DNA of 64,000 nucleotides, taken from NCBI RefSeq assembly GCF_044704955.1, contig NC_091984.1, positions 145,018,001 through 145,082,000 of the forward strand. The letters are read 5' to 3'. How positions within the stretch are numbered: the first letter of the stretch is position 1; each line of letters opens with the position of its first letter. Shown piece after piece: positions 34,826 to 47,499 of the stretch. The translations under genes were made by a program, and so were the position numbers. The notes under the pieces are model-generated. The model saw only the letters and a program-made list of their open reading frames with translations, ran no database searches and had not been told where the DNA came from. Origin of the DNA: Pristiophorus japonicus (taxonomy: Eukaryota).

Positions 34826-35196
34826 CCAGTGTGCTGAGTGAGAGTCAATGCTCAGACTGGGAGGGTTTAATCCCAGCGTCTCTGTGTTTAATCTTGTGCA
34901 CTCCAGGGGTTCGAGGTCAAATTTATCGTTTTAAAATGATTGATAATTGACTTTAAATCAAATCTCCTGCTGACGTGCCATTGATTGACAGCCCACCCAG
35001 CCAATCAGGACAGACACTTACTGAAATGCAGTCAATCCAGCTGAGGGGGAGGTGGGACATTTCCAAAGCACTCGCCAGACACAGACTGAATATTTTTCAT
35101 GTTTATTGCCTTTTACAGATTCACATTTACAGAAACAAGATTTGAATAAACAGCCCAGCGAGAGCAAGCTGGAGACATTCACAGGGAGAATGCAGC

Positions 35197-35202
35197 TTTA
35201 TT
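35197..35202 (-). terminator. Ck polyadenylation signal AATAAA (second candidate at 35102-35107)
   Basis: TTTATT on + about 430 bp past the Ck stop. Confidence 0.6.
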
Positions 35203-35632
35203 AAAACAGTTGTGGGGATTCTCTCCACACCGTGAGAATCCTGTCCCTTTAAACGGGGACAAAACCTTGCATTGTAACAGCAGGGTGAGCAGGGAGGGGG
35301 TCTGCTTACTGAAGCGGCACTTCGCAGTTTAACATTAGTTTTACTCTGCAGACAGTCTTCAGCATCTTCGAGAGGTATTACTTGGCAGCACGAGTCAACA
35401 CTGTCCCATCAAACCCTCCCCGGGCAGGTACAGCACGGGTTAGATACCGAGTAAAGATCCCTCTACACTGTCCCAATAACTTGCCTTACCCCCTGACCCT
35501 CAGATGCTTTCCCTGACCCAGTCCCGAGAAGGAAGAGAGTAGAAATGCAGTGCTGACAATGACCTTTGCCCTCCCGGCTCACCCCCTGTTCTATTTAAAG
35601 TTGCGTCTCCCCCGCGGACTGTCCTTGACACA

Positions 35633-35961
35633 CTACGCACATTCTGCTCTCCTGATGCCCTTGCTGAGGGGAGAGGAGAGGCTCTCGTGGGTGAGGCTGC
35701 AGGAGAAGCTGGCGTTGGACTCCCAGTCGTAGCCAGAGAGGGTCAGCAGGCTGCTGACACTGTAGGTGTTGTCCGAAGCTCGCAGGTAGTCGCTGGTCTG
35801 GACCCCGGTCGAAATGGTCGCCCCGTTCTTCATCCACTCCACCTCCACCGCATCGGGGTAGAAGTGATCGGCGAGGCACACCAGAGTGGCAGTGCCCTTG
35901 GTCGTGACCTCCTCCAGGGAGGGGGGCAGCAGGGTCAGCGTGGGTGGTGTCTTCCCTCGGC
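35633..35961 (-). CDS. IGKC: Ig kappa (type III/NS4) constant exon, intact
   Basis: Acceptor CCCTTTCAG; 329 nt, phase 1; RGKTPPTLTLLPPSLEEVTTKGTATLVCLADHFYPDAVEVEWMKNG...SDNTYSVSSLLTLSGYDWESNASFSCSLTHESLSSPLSKGIRRAECA*. Confidence 0.95.
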
Positions 35962-36001
35962 CTGAAAGGGAGGAGAAGGATGTTTAATAGGTGTATATTA
36001 A

Positions 36002-36029
36002 TGTGTGTGTGTGTGTGTGTGTCACTGTG
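36002..36029 (-). promoter_or_regulatory. Intronic isolated heptamer / cryptic 12-RSS facing Ck
   Basis: On -: CACAGTG + 12 bp (AC)6 + ACACACACA (6/9 nonamer), about 60 bp 5' of the Ck exon. Confidence 0.5.
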
Positions 36030-36199
36030 GGTGTTTCCGTGTGTGGATAATTTACATCTGGTAAGGGAGAGTTGGGTTAATGAACTCCTGGCTAGCGATT
36101 AACCATTAAAGGCGAGCAACACAAATTCTTAATCTTCTTTGCCTCGCTTGATAAGTTTTATCTCAATATAAATGCGTTTGATGTTAAGGTGATTAAAAA

Positions 36200-36662
36200 A
36201 AAGAAAGCCTTGCATATATATAGCGCCTTTCACAACCACCGGACATCTCAAAGCACTTTTCAGCCAATGAAGTACTTTTGGAGTGCAGTCACTGTTGTAA
36301 TGTGGGAAACACGGCAGCCAATCTGTGCACAGCAAGCTCCCACAAACAGCGATGTGATAACGACCTGATAATCTGTTCTTTTGTCATGTTGGTTGAGGGA
36401 TAAATATTGACCAAGACACCGGGGAGAACTCCCCTGCTCTTCTTCAAAATAGTGGCATGGGATCTTTTCCATCCACCTGAGAGGGCAAACAGGGCCTTGG
36501 TTTAACATCTCATCTGAAAGAGGGCACCTCCAACAGTGCGGCGCTCCCTCAGCACTACACTGCAGTGTCAGCCTCGATTTTTGTGCTCAAATCCCTGGAG
36601 TGGGACTTGAACCCACAACCTTCTGACTCAGAGGCGCGAGTGCAACGCACTGAGCTCCGGCT
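36200..36662 (-). mobile_element. Full-length tRNA-derived Deu-type SINE
   Basis: tRNA-like head with B-box GGTTCAAGTCCC on -, central core, L2-type tail. Confidence 0.8.
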
Positions 36663-37139
36663 GATACTCAAAATCATATTGGACTGTTGTATAAACATCT
36701 GCAGTGCAGGGTTGGCACACATTCAGCACTGAAATGGTTAACAGTAAGAGTCGGCAAAGACTGAGTGTCTCGTTAAGACGCTGTTCACTGGCAGGAAGCT
36801 CGAACTGTAGATGGGTGGATACAGGGGAAACAGGCTCAGCAGTGAGAAAGCTCAGATCACACACAGATCGGGAGAACTTTATCAGGGAACATTGCAGCAC
36901 ACTTGTATAAACACACTTCAGCAAGGCTTCATGTTGGGTGTCGGTGTAGAAGCTTCTAGATTGCATTTAAAAGCTTGCTGCCCAGCACCGGGGTGAGGTC
37001 AAGGGTGAGGCTACAATTAGCCTCAGTGTACCGGGGTCAGGCAGGGTCACTGCTCCCAATGATCCTGTGACCTCCTGGAAGGTCAGAGTGCGCAGACAAT
37101 GGGCGAGGATCAGGATCAGGGCCCTCCCACTTCAATGAA

Positions 37140-40100
37140 AGAAAGCCTTGAATTTATGTAGCGCCTTTCACAACCTCAGGACGTCCCAAGTTGCTTTACA
37201 ACCAATTGCACACAGGAAGATTTACGAGGATGTTGCCTTGACTGGAAAATTTTAGCTATGAGTAAAGATTGGATAGGCTGGGGTTGTTTTCTTTGGAATA
37301 GAGGAGGCTGAGGGGAGTGTATAAAATTATGAGGGGCCTAGATAGAGTGGATAGGAAGGACATATTTCCCTTAGCAGAGTGGTCAACAACCAGGGCATAG
37401 ATTTAAAGTAATTGGTGGGAGGCTTGGAGGGGATTTGAGGGGAAATGTCTTCACCAGAGGGTGGTGGGGGTCTGGAACTCACTGCCTGAAAGGGTGGTAG
37501 AGGCAGAAACCCTCACCACATTTCAGAAGTACTTGGATGTACACTTGGAGTGCGGTAACCCACAGGGCTATGGACCAAGAGCTGGAAAGTGGGATTAGGC
37601 TGGATAGATCTTTGTCGGCCGGCGTGGACACGATGGGCCGAATGGCCTCCTTTCATGCTGTAAATTTCTTTGATTCTATGAAGCTCCCAGACTGCAATGA
37701 GATCATGACCAGATCATCGGTTTTAACTATGTTAGGTGAGGGACAAATATTGGCCAGGACACTGGGAAGAACCCCCTTGCCCTTCCAGTATTGATTCTGA
37801 GATCTTTTATGTCCACCTGAGAGGACAGATGGGACTTCGGTTTAACATCTCATCTGAAAGACAGCACCTCTGACAAAGGGATGAGATGTTAGAAGGATCA
37901 TCAAATGAGGCCATATGGGTTAAACTGATGAACATAAAGGGGCGATCACACTGCTGGGAGTGGACTATAGACACCTAAACAGTCAGAAGGAAATAGAAGA
38001 GAAAATATGTCGGCAAATTGCTGAGAAGGTCAAAAACAATCGGGCAGCAATAGTCGGGGATTTCAACTCCCCTCACATTAACTGGGATGGAATCAGTGTC
38101 AAAGGTATAGAGGGTGCAGAATTCTTAAATTGCATTCAGGAGAACCTTCATAGCGAGCTCGTAGCAAGCCCAACAATGGAGGGGGCGTTTCTGGGCTTAG
38201 TTTTAGGGAATGAAGCTGGGCAGGTGGAAAGGGTATCAATGGGAGAGCATTTTGGTGCTAGTGATCATAATTCAGTTAGATTTAGCGTAGTTATGGAAAA
38301 GGACAAAGATGGAGCAGGAATAAAGGTTCTCAATTGGGGATAGGTCAATTTTACTCATCTGAGAGGTGATTTAGCAAAAGTGGGCTGGAAACAGCGAATT
38401 GAAGGTAAATCAGTGTCAGAGCAGCGGGAGGTATTCAAGGGGGAGATAGTGAAGGTTCAGAGCAAGTATGTTCCCACAAAGGAAAAGGGTGGCACTCCCA
38501 AATCAAGAGCCCCATGTGTGGCAAAGGGCATACAGGGTAGGATAAGGCAAAAAAGGGAAGCTTATGTCAAATACCCAGAGCTAAATACTGCAGAAAGCCC
38601 AGAGGTGTATCGAACATGCAAGGGTGAAATTAAAAAGGAATTTAGGAATGCAAAGTGAAGGCGTGAAAAAACATTGGCAAATAAAGTCAGGGAAAATCCA
38701 AAGATGTTTTATAAATACATAAAGAGCAAGAGGATAACTAAGGAAAGAGTTGGGCCTATTGGAGACCAAAAAGTTAACCTGTGTGTGGAGGCGGAAGATG
38801 TGGGTATGGTTCTCAATGAATACGTTTATCTGTCTGCACAGAAGAGAGGGACGATGCAGATATTGTAATTAAAGAGGAGGTGTGAAATATTAGATGAAAT
38901 AAACATAGTGAGAGAGGAAATGTTAAGGGGTTTAGCAGCTTTTAAATCCCCAGGCCCGGATGAAATGTATCCCAGGCTGTTAAGAGAAGGAAGGCAGGAA
39001 ATAGCAGAGGCTCTGACCATCATTTTCCAATCCTCTCTGGCTACAGGTGTGGTGCTGGAGGACTGGAGGACTGCTAACGTGTACATTTGTTTAAAAAGTG
39101 AGAAAGAGATAGACGGAGTAATTGCAGGCCAGTCAGCCTAACCTCGGTGGTGGGAAAAGTATTGTAAACAATTCTGAGGAACAGCATAAATTGTCATGTA
39201 GGAATGGATGGATTAATCAAGGACAGTCAGCATGGATTTGTTAAGGGAAGGTCGCGCCTGACGAACTTGATTGAATGTTTTGCGGAGATAATAAGGAGGG
39301 TCGATGAGCGTTGCACCTTTGATGTAGTATACATGGATTTTTGCAAGGCTTTTGGCAAGGTCTCACATGGCAGAAAAGTAAAAAGCCCATGGGATCCAAG
39401 GGAAAGTGACAAGTTGGATCCAAAATTGGCTGAGTGGCAAGAAGCAAAGGGTAATGTTCAACAGGTGTTTTTGTGACTGGAAGGCTGTTTCAAGTGGGGT
39501 TCCACAGGGCTCAGTACTAAGTCCCTTGCTCTTTGTAATATACACCAATGATTTAGACTTCAATGTAGGGAACATGATTAAGAAGTTTGCAGATGATACA
39601 AAAATTGGCTGTGCGATTGATAATGAGGAAGAAAGCTGTACACTGCAGGAAGATATCAGTGGACTGGTCAGGTGGGCAGAACAGTGGCAAATGGAATTCA
39701 ATCCAGAGAACTGTGAGGTAATGCATTTGGGGAAGTCTAACAAGGCAAGGGAATACACATTAAATGGTAGGACACTGAGAATTCCCTGGATTCTGAGGAG
39801 GTCCCAGCAGATTGGAAAAGTGCAAATGTATTGCCCCTACTTAAAAAAGGAGGCATATAAAAAACAGGAAACTATTGATCATTTAGCTTAACATCTGTGG
39901 TTGGGAAATGTTGGTGTCCATTATTAACGAGGCAATAGCAGGACATTTGGATAAGCAAAATTCGGTCAGGCAGAGTCAGCATGGATTTATGAAGGGGAAG
40001 TCATGTTTGACAAATTTGCTGGAGTTCTTTGAGGATGTAACAAACAGGGTGGATAAAGGGGAACTGGTAAATGTGGTGTATTTGGACTTCCAGATGGCAT

Positions 40101-42900
40101 TTGACAAGGTGCCACATAAAAGGTTACTACACAAGATAAAAGTTCGCGGAGTTAGGCATAATATATTAGAATGGATCGAGGATTGGCTAACAGAAAACAG
40201 AGTGTCAGGATGAATGGTTCATTCTCGGCTTGGCAATCAGTAACTAATGGGGTGCCACAGGGATCAGTGCTGGGACCCCAACTATTTGCAATCTATATTA
40301 ACGACTTGGATGAAGGGACTGAGTGTAACGTAACCAGGTTTGCTGATGATACAAAGTTGGGAGGAAAAACAATGTGTGAGGTGGACACAAAAAACCTGCA
40401 AAATGACATAGACAGGCTAAGTGAGTGGGCAAAAATGTGGCAAATGGAGTATAATGTTGCAAAGTGTGAGGTTATGCACATTGGCAGAAAAAAAATCAAA
40501 GAGCAAGTTGTTATTTCAATGGAGAAAAATTGCAAAGTGCTGCAGTACAGCGTGACTTGGGGGTACTTGTGCATGAAACAAAAAAGGATAGTATGCAGGT
40601 ACAGCAAGTGATCAAGAAAGCTAATGGAATCTTGCCCATTGTTGCAATGTGGATGGAATATAAAAGCAGAGAAGTCTTGCTACAGTTATATAGGGTATTG
40701 ATGAGGCCACTCCTGGAATAATGCGTACAGTTTTGGTTTCCATATTTAAGAAAGGATACATTTGCTTTGGAGGCATTTCAGAGAAGATTCACTAGGTTGA
40801 TTCCGAAAATGAGGGGGTTGACTTCTGAGGAAAGGTTGAGTAGGTTAGGCATCTACTCATTGTCAATCAGAAGAATGAGAGGTGATCTTATCGAAACATG
40901 TAAGATTATGAGGGGCTTGACAAGGTGGATGCAGACAGGATGTTTCCACTGATAGGGGAGACTAGAACTAGGGGGCTTAATCTTAGAATAAGGGGCCGCC
41001 CATTTAAAACTGAGAAGAGGAGGAATTTCTTCTCTCAGAATCTTTAATCTCTTGTTATTCGCTAATGTCCGGATTACTCCCGTTGCCACGAGCTAGTGAG
41101 TACAGAAATAGGAGGGTAGAGCAGATGAATGCATGGCTGGAGAGATGGTGCAGGCGGGAGGGCTTTAGTTTTCTGAGGCATTGGGACCGTTTCTGGGGGA
41201 GGTAGGACCTGTACACGCCGGACAGGTTGCACCTCAACAGAGCCGGGACCAATATCCTCGAGGGGGGCGTTTGCTTGTGCTGTTGGGGAGGGTTTAAACG
41301 AGCTGGGCAGGGGGCTGGGAACCTGAAAATGGATTCAGTATGGAGGGGATTAAAGCTGGAATTAGAAAGCAAAAATAAAGAAAGTGAGTTTGAAGGAGAG
41401 AGGAAACAAGCAGGAAAAGAGCATAAAAAAACAAATTTAATGGCTCTTCGTCTGAATAACAAAATGGATGAATTGACGGCACAAATAGATACAAATGAAT
41501 ATGATCTGATATGCATTACAGAGACATGGTTGCAAGGTGAGCCGGATTGGGAACTAAATATTCAGGGGTACTTGACAATCCGGAAGGACAGACAGAAAGC
41601 AAAAGGGGGTGGGATAGCTCTGCTGATAAAGGATGGAATCACTGCAATAGTGAGAAATGAAATTGGCTCAAATGATCAGGATGTTCCCTTTATTATTCCT
41701 TATCTCCACCCAGGATGTGGGTGGAGATAAGGAATAATAAAGGGAAAAAGTCACTGGTGGGCGTAGTCTATAGGCCCTCTAACAGTAGCACCTCTGTTGG
41801 TTGGAGTATAAACCAAGAAATAGTGGGGGCTTGTAAAAATTGAACAGTAATAATCATGGGTGATTTCAACCTCCATATTGATTGGACAAATAAAATTGCT
41901 CAGTGTAGCCTTGAGGAAGAGTTCATAGAGTGCATAAGGGACAGGTTCCTTGAGTAGTATATAATGGAACCAACCAGGGGGCAGGCAATCTTCGATCTGG
42001 TCCTATATAATGAGACAGTATTAATAAACAATCTCCGAGTAAAGGATCCTCTTGGACTGAGTGATGATAACATGGTTCAATTTCAAATTCAGATTGAGGA
42101 TGAGAAATCTGATCTCTAACCAGCATACTCAGATTAAATAAAGGAGACTACAAAGGTATGAGGGCAGAGTTGGTTGAAGTGGAAAATAGATTAAAGTGCA
42201 GGACGGCTGATGAACAGTCGTATACATATCAGGAGATATTTCACAACTCTCAAGAAAAATATTTTCCAGTGAGGAGGAAAGGGTGTAAAAGAAAAGATAG
42301 CCATCTGTGGCGAACTAAAGAAATAAAGGACAGTATCCAATTAAAAACAAGGGCATACAAAGTGTCCAAAACTAGTGGAAGGGCAGAAGATTGGGAAGCT
42401 TTTAAAAGCCAGCAAAGAATTAATAAAAAAATGATTAAGAAAGGGAAGATAGACTCTAAAAGTAAACTAGCACAAAATAAAAAAACAGATAGCAAGAGTT
42501 TCTCTCGGTATGTAAAAAGGAAAAGAGTGGCTAAAGTAAATGTTCGACCCTGAGAGGACAAAACCAGGGAATTAGTGATGAGGAACAATGGAGATGGCAG
42601 AAACTCTGAGCAAATATTTTGTATCAGTCTTTACGGTAGAGGACACTGAGATGAGGAGGAATTTCTTCTCAGAGGATAGACAGTTTCTCAATAAGGGGTT
42701 ATGGGGAGCAGGCAGGGAAGTAGACCTGAGTCCATGATTGGATTGGCCATGTACATATTAAATGACGGAGCAGGCTCGAGGGGCCGCGTGGCCTACGCCT
42801 GCTCATATTTCTTATGTTCTTAAAGTGAAGGGGAATGGGACTAATTGGGTAATTCTTTCAAAGATCAGGCACAGGCACGATGGGCCGAATGGCCTCCTTC
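37140..42900 (+). mobile_element. Nested degenerate CR1 copies (plus a split SINE at 37140-37870)
   Basis: Repeated APE/RT motifs (GDFN, SDHN, KSPGPD, QHGF, PQGSVL, FADDT). Confidence 0.85.
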
Positions 42901-42919
42901 TGTGCTGTAAGATTCTAGG

Positions 42920-43170
42920 CTGTGAGCGCGGTTCACAGTTTTCTCCCGTGTTATTAACAAACATACAGCTGTGACAACCTCCCTCTTTCACTTCCTCTGT
43001 GGGTGAAGTTTCATTCTTCCGATCTGACAGTCTCTTCAGTTATTTTTTGCACGGGGGATTTCTGCTGTGGTCTGAGTCTCTAATAATAACCGTCCAATCA
43101 GGCAGAATAACAGCAGCTCGGACCGGCTCGGACAGCGGACCCAGGCTCAGTGCTGACCCTGCAACGTCCT
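42920..43170. promoter_or_regulatory. Non-repetitive island with B-cell TF motifs (candidate intronic kappa enhancer)
   Basis: E-box CAGCTG 42966; EICE (TTTCACTTCCTC) 42986-42997; kB-like GGGGATTTCT 43054; RUNX TGTGGT 43066. Confidence 0.4.
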
Positions 43171-43399
43171 CCTCACCAACATCTGGGGACTTGTGCCAAA
43201 AGTGGGAGAGCTGCCCCACAGACTAGTCAAGCACCAGCCTGACATAGTCCTACTCACAGAATCAGACCTTTCAGCCAATGTCCTACTGCAGCACTCCACC
43301 CCCCCACCCCAGAATCCTGTGAACCCTTAAACAGGAACCCTTTTGAAGAAGAGTCTGTTCTGAGATTCTGGGTGTGAGAGATTCTGTGCTGAGAAAACA

Positions 43400-46300
43400 A
43401 TCACTATCACTACAGAAAAAGTACTCGGTAAAATAATGGAACTAAAGGTGGACAAGTCCCCTGGACCTGATGGCCTGCATCCTAGGGTCTTAAATGAAGT
43501 GGCTGCAGAGATAGTGGATGCATTGGCTTCAATCTACGCAAATTCCCTGGATTCTGGAGAGGTCCCAGCAGATTGGAAAACTGCAAATGTATCGCTCTTA
43601 TTTTAAAAAAGAAGGCAGTCAGAAAGCAGGAAACTATAGACCAGTTAGCCTTACATCTGTCGTTGGAAAAATGCTTTGGAGTCCATTATTAAGGAAGCAC
43701 GAGCAGGACATTTGGAAAAGCATAATTCAGTCAGGCAGAGTCAGCATGTTTTTATGAACGGGAAATCATGTTTGACAGATTTGCTGGAGTTCTTTGAGGA
43801 TGTAACGTGCATGGTGGATATATGGGAACCAATGGATGTGGTGTATTTTGATTTCCAGAAGACATTCAATAAGATGCCACATAAAAGATTACTGTGCAAG
43901 ATAAGAGTACACGGGATTGGTGCTAATATATTAACATAGCTGGAGGATTGGCTAACAAACAGATAACAGAGAAACATAGAAACATAGAAATTTACAGCGC
44001 AGAAGGAGGCCATTTCGGCACATAGTGTCCACACCGGCCAACAACGAGCCGCACGGCCCTTGGTCAGCAGCCCTAAAGGTTACATATAAACCTATGAACA
44101 ATGACGGAAAGGCAAAGAGCACCCAGTCTAACCAGTCCGCCTCACACAACTGCGACACCCCTTATACTGAAGCATTCTACACTCCACCCCAACCGGAGCC
44201 ATGTGATCTCCTGGGAGAGGCAAAAAACAGATTAAAAACCCAGGCCAATATATGGAGAACAAATCTGGGAAAATTCCTCTCCGACCCATCCAGGTGATCG
44301 AAACTAGTTCAGGAGATCACCTTGGCCATATTCTATGCCCTGCAGTACTTACCATTATATCTGCGCCATCCAACAAAAGGTCATCCAGTCTAATACCAAA
44401 TACCAGCTCTCGGTCTGTAACCCTGCAGGTTACGGCACTTTAATTGCCCATCCAACCATCTCTTAAAAGTGGTGAGGGTTTCTGCATCCACCACTCTTCC
44501 AGGCAGCGAGTCCCAGATCCCCACAATCCTTTGTGTAAAGAAGCCCCCCCTCAAATCCCCTCTAAACCTTCCACCAACCACCTGAAAACTATGCCTCCTT
44601 CTAATAGACCCCTCCACCAATGGAAATAGGCCCTTACTATCCACTATGTCCAGGCTCCTCGATATTTTGTACACCTCAATGAGGTCTCCTCTCAACCTCC
44701 TCTGTTCCAATGAGAACACACCAGCCTATCCAATCTGTTCTCATAACTATGATTCTCCATTCCAGGCAGCATCCTAGTAAATCTACTCTGCACCCTCTCT
44801 AGTGCAATCACGTCCTTCCTATAATACGGCAACCAGAACTGTACGCAGTACTCCAGCTGTGGCCTAACCAAAGTATTATACAATTTAAGCATAACCTCCC
44901 TGCTCTTATATTCTATGCCTCGGACAATAAAGGCAAGCATTCCGTATGTCTTCTTAACTACTTTCAGGGATCTGTGGACAAGCACTCCAAGGTCCCTTTG
45001 TTCATCTACACTATTAAGTGGCCTACCGCTTAATGTGTATACGCTTTCCTTATTAGCCCTCCCAAAGTGCATCGCCTCACACTTCTCTGAATTAAATTCC
45101 ATTTGCCACTGCTCTGCCCACCTGACCAGTAGATTGATATCCTCCTGCAGCCCATGACTTTCCTCTTCATTATCAACCACACAACCAATTTTAGTGTCGT
45201 CTGCAAACCTCTTAATCATACTCCGTATATTCAAATCTAAATCTTTGATATATATCACAAAAAGCAAGGGGCCCAGTACTGGGCCCTGCAGAACTCCACT
45301 GGAAACATCCTTCCAGTCACAAAAACATCCATCAATCATTACCCTTTGCTACCTACCTCCAAACCAAGTTTGGATTTAACTTGCCACTTTGCCCTGGATC
45401 CGATGGGCTTTAACCTTCATGACCAGTCTGCCATGTAGGACCTTATCCCAAGAGTTGGGATAAATGGTTCATTTTCCGGTTGGCAAAAGGTAACTAGTGG
45501 GGTGCCACAGGGATTGGGGGATGACTTGGATGAAGGGACCGAGTGTAATGTAACCAAGTTTGCTGATGATACAAATATAGATGGGAAAGCAAGTTGTGTG
45601 GAGGGCACAAAGAATCTGCACAGGGATATAGACAGTTTAAGTGAGTGGGCAAACATTTCACTGATGGATTATAATGTGGAAAAGTGAGAAGTTATCTACT
45701 TTCGTAGCAAAAATAAAAATGCAAGAGATTACAAAATGCTGTTGTACAGAGGGACCTGGGGGTCCTTGCACATGAAACACAAAAAGTTAGTATTCAGGTA
45801 CAGCAAGTAATCAGGAAAGCAAATGGAATTTTGGCCTTAATTGCAAGGAGGAAGGAGTATAAAAGCAGGGAAGTTCTGCTACATCTGTACCGGGTATTGG
45901 TGAGGCCACACCGAGAGTACTGCATACAGCTTTGGTCTCCTTATGTAAGGAGGGATATGTTTGCATTGGAGGCAGTTCAGAGAAGGTTCACAAGGTTGAT
46001 TCCTGAAATGAAGGGGTTGACTTATGTAAAAAGATTGAGCAGGTTGGGCCTATACTCATTGGAGTTTTGAAGAATGAGAGGTGATCGTATTGAAACATAT
46101 AAGATTCTGAGGGGGCTTGACAAGGTGGATGCAGAGAGGATGTTTCCGCTCGTGAGGGAATCTAGAACTAGGGCGCATAGTTTCAGAATAAGGGGCCGCC
46201 CATTTAAAACTGAGATGTATGGAATTTCGTCTCTGAGGGTTGCAAATCTGTGGAATTCTCTGCCCCAGAGAGCTGTGGAGGCTGGGTCCTTGAATATATT

Positions 46301-46640
46301 TAAGGTGGAGATAGACAGATTTTTGAACGATAAGGCAGTAAAGGGTTATGGGGAATGGGGAGGGAATTGGAGCCGAGCACAGGATCAGATCAGCCATGAT
46401 CTTATTGAATGGAGGAGCAGGCTCCAGGGGCCAAATGGCCTAGTCCTGCTCCTATTTCTTAAGTTCTTATGTTTCTTTCGCCTAGAATTCCATTGGTGTC
46501 TGTCACCGGTTATGGGGAGTGGGCGGGGAAGTGGAGTTGAGGCCAAGATCAGATCAGCCATGATCTTATTGAATGGTGGACCAGCTCGAGGGGCCGTATG
46601 GCCCACTCCTGCTCCTATTCCTTATGTTCTTGTGTATGAG
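43400..46640. mobile_element. Nested CR1 copies (+, with an antisense insertion at ~43970-45450)
   Basis: RT motifs on both strands; (GAAACATA)n tail at ~43970. Confidence 0.85.
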
Positions 46641-46739
46641 TCCTGATTGCTAGAGATTGTTGGTAGTGGGTGATGGGGGTGTGGTGCATTGAGCAATGTG
46701 TGAGACTAGTGGTGCAGTTGGCGGGACACGGCATTTGAA

Positions 46740-47276
46740 GATGAATTCACCGACCTTGACCACTCTCGTGAGGTCATTGAATATTTGGCGGCACTGCATC
46801 CCGGTCCTCGGATCCTGGTCTCACTGCCTTCGAAACGTTTGTCTGGTGGAGCCTCCTCGCCCCGTGTGGGTAGAGAACATCTTTCCCCCTCTGCACCTCC
46901 TTCCCCAAGGCCTCCAGTGCAGCGCTGGAGGATCTTGGAGCCGGCTCTCTCCCCTGTTGTGTCATCAGTGCGTCTTGGTCCAGGTCAGAATGTCTTCCAC
47001 AGCCACTTCCAGCACCTGCTCCAGACACATTTCACTTGTCCATTAAGAGGTGCAGGCCAGCTTTAACTGGTGCCAGCCTCACACAACCTTGGGCCCCGGG
47101 CACTGAGGCCTGTAGCCACTCAACAGCACAGTTAGTGCTGGGTGCACGCACCAATCATGTAGGTTAGCAGGCAGCACAACTTTGGCCTGCTGCCTGCATC
47201 GGGAGCTACGGGCGTGGGTTAATCCCGCATCATGATCCTCGCGCCCATTTGCAGGGCCTATCGAATTTATTCCCCA
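46740..47276 (-). mobile_element. Harbinger-like DNA transposon remnant (Myb/SANT-like ORF)
   Basis: PAPRSSSAALEALGKEVQRGKDVLYP... and, frameshifted, MQCRQIFNDLTRVVK. Confidence 0.55.
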
Positions 47277-47499
47277 TAGAGTCCGTGATCATAGAGATTC
47301 TGCGCCGTGTGCAGGAGGGGATTCAATGGGTTGGAGAGTCCATGATAGGGTGGGTGTACATGGTGTGTGGGAGGCGATTCAATGAGCTAATGGGTAAAAA
47401 GCCTTTTCTCATTCCAGGTATATGATATTCTGAAGGAAAATAAAACATGGGAGCATTCAGCTCGCTTCCCCGTGACATTGGTAATTACGGTTGGGTGAA

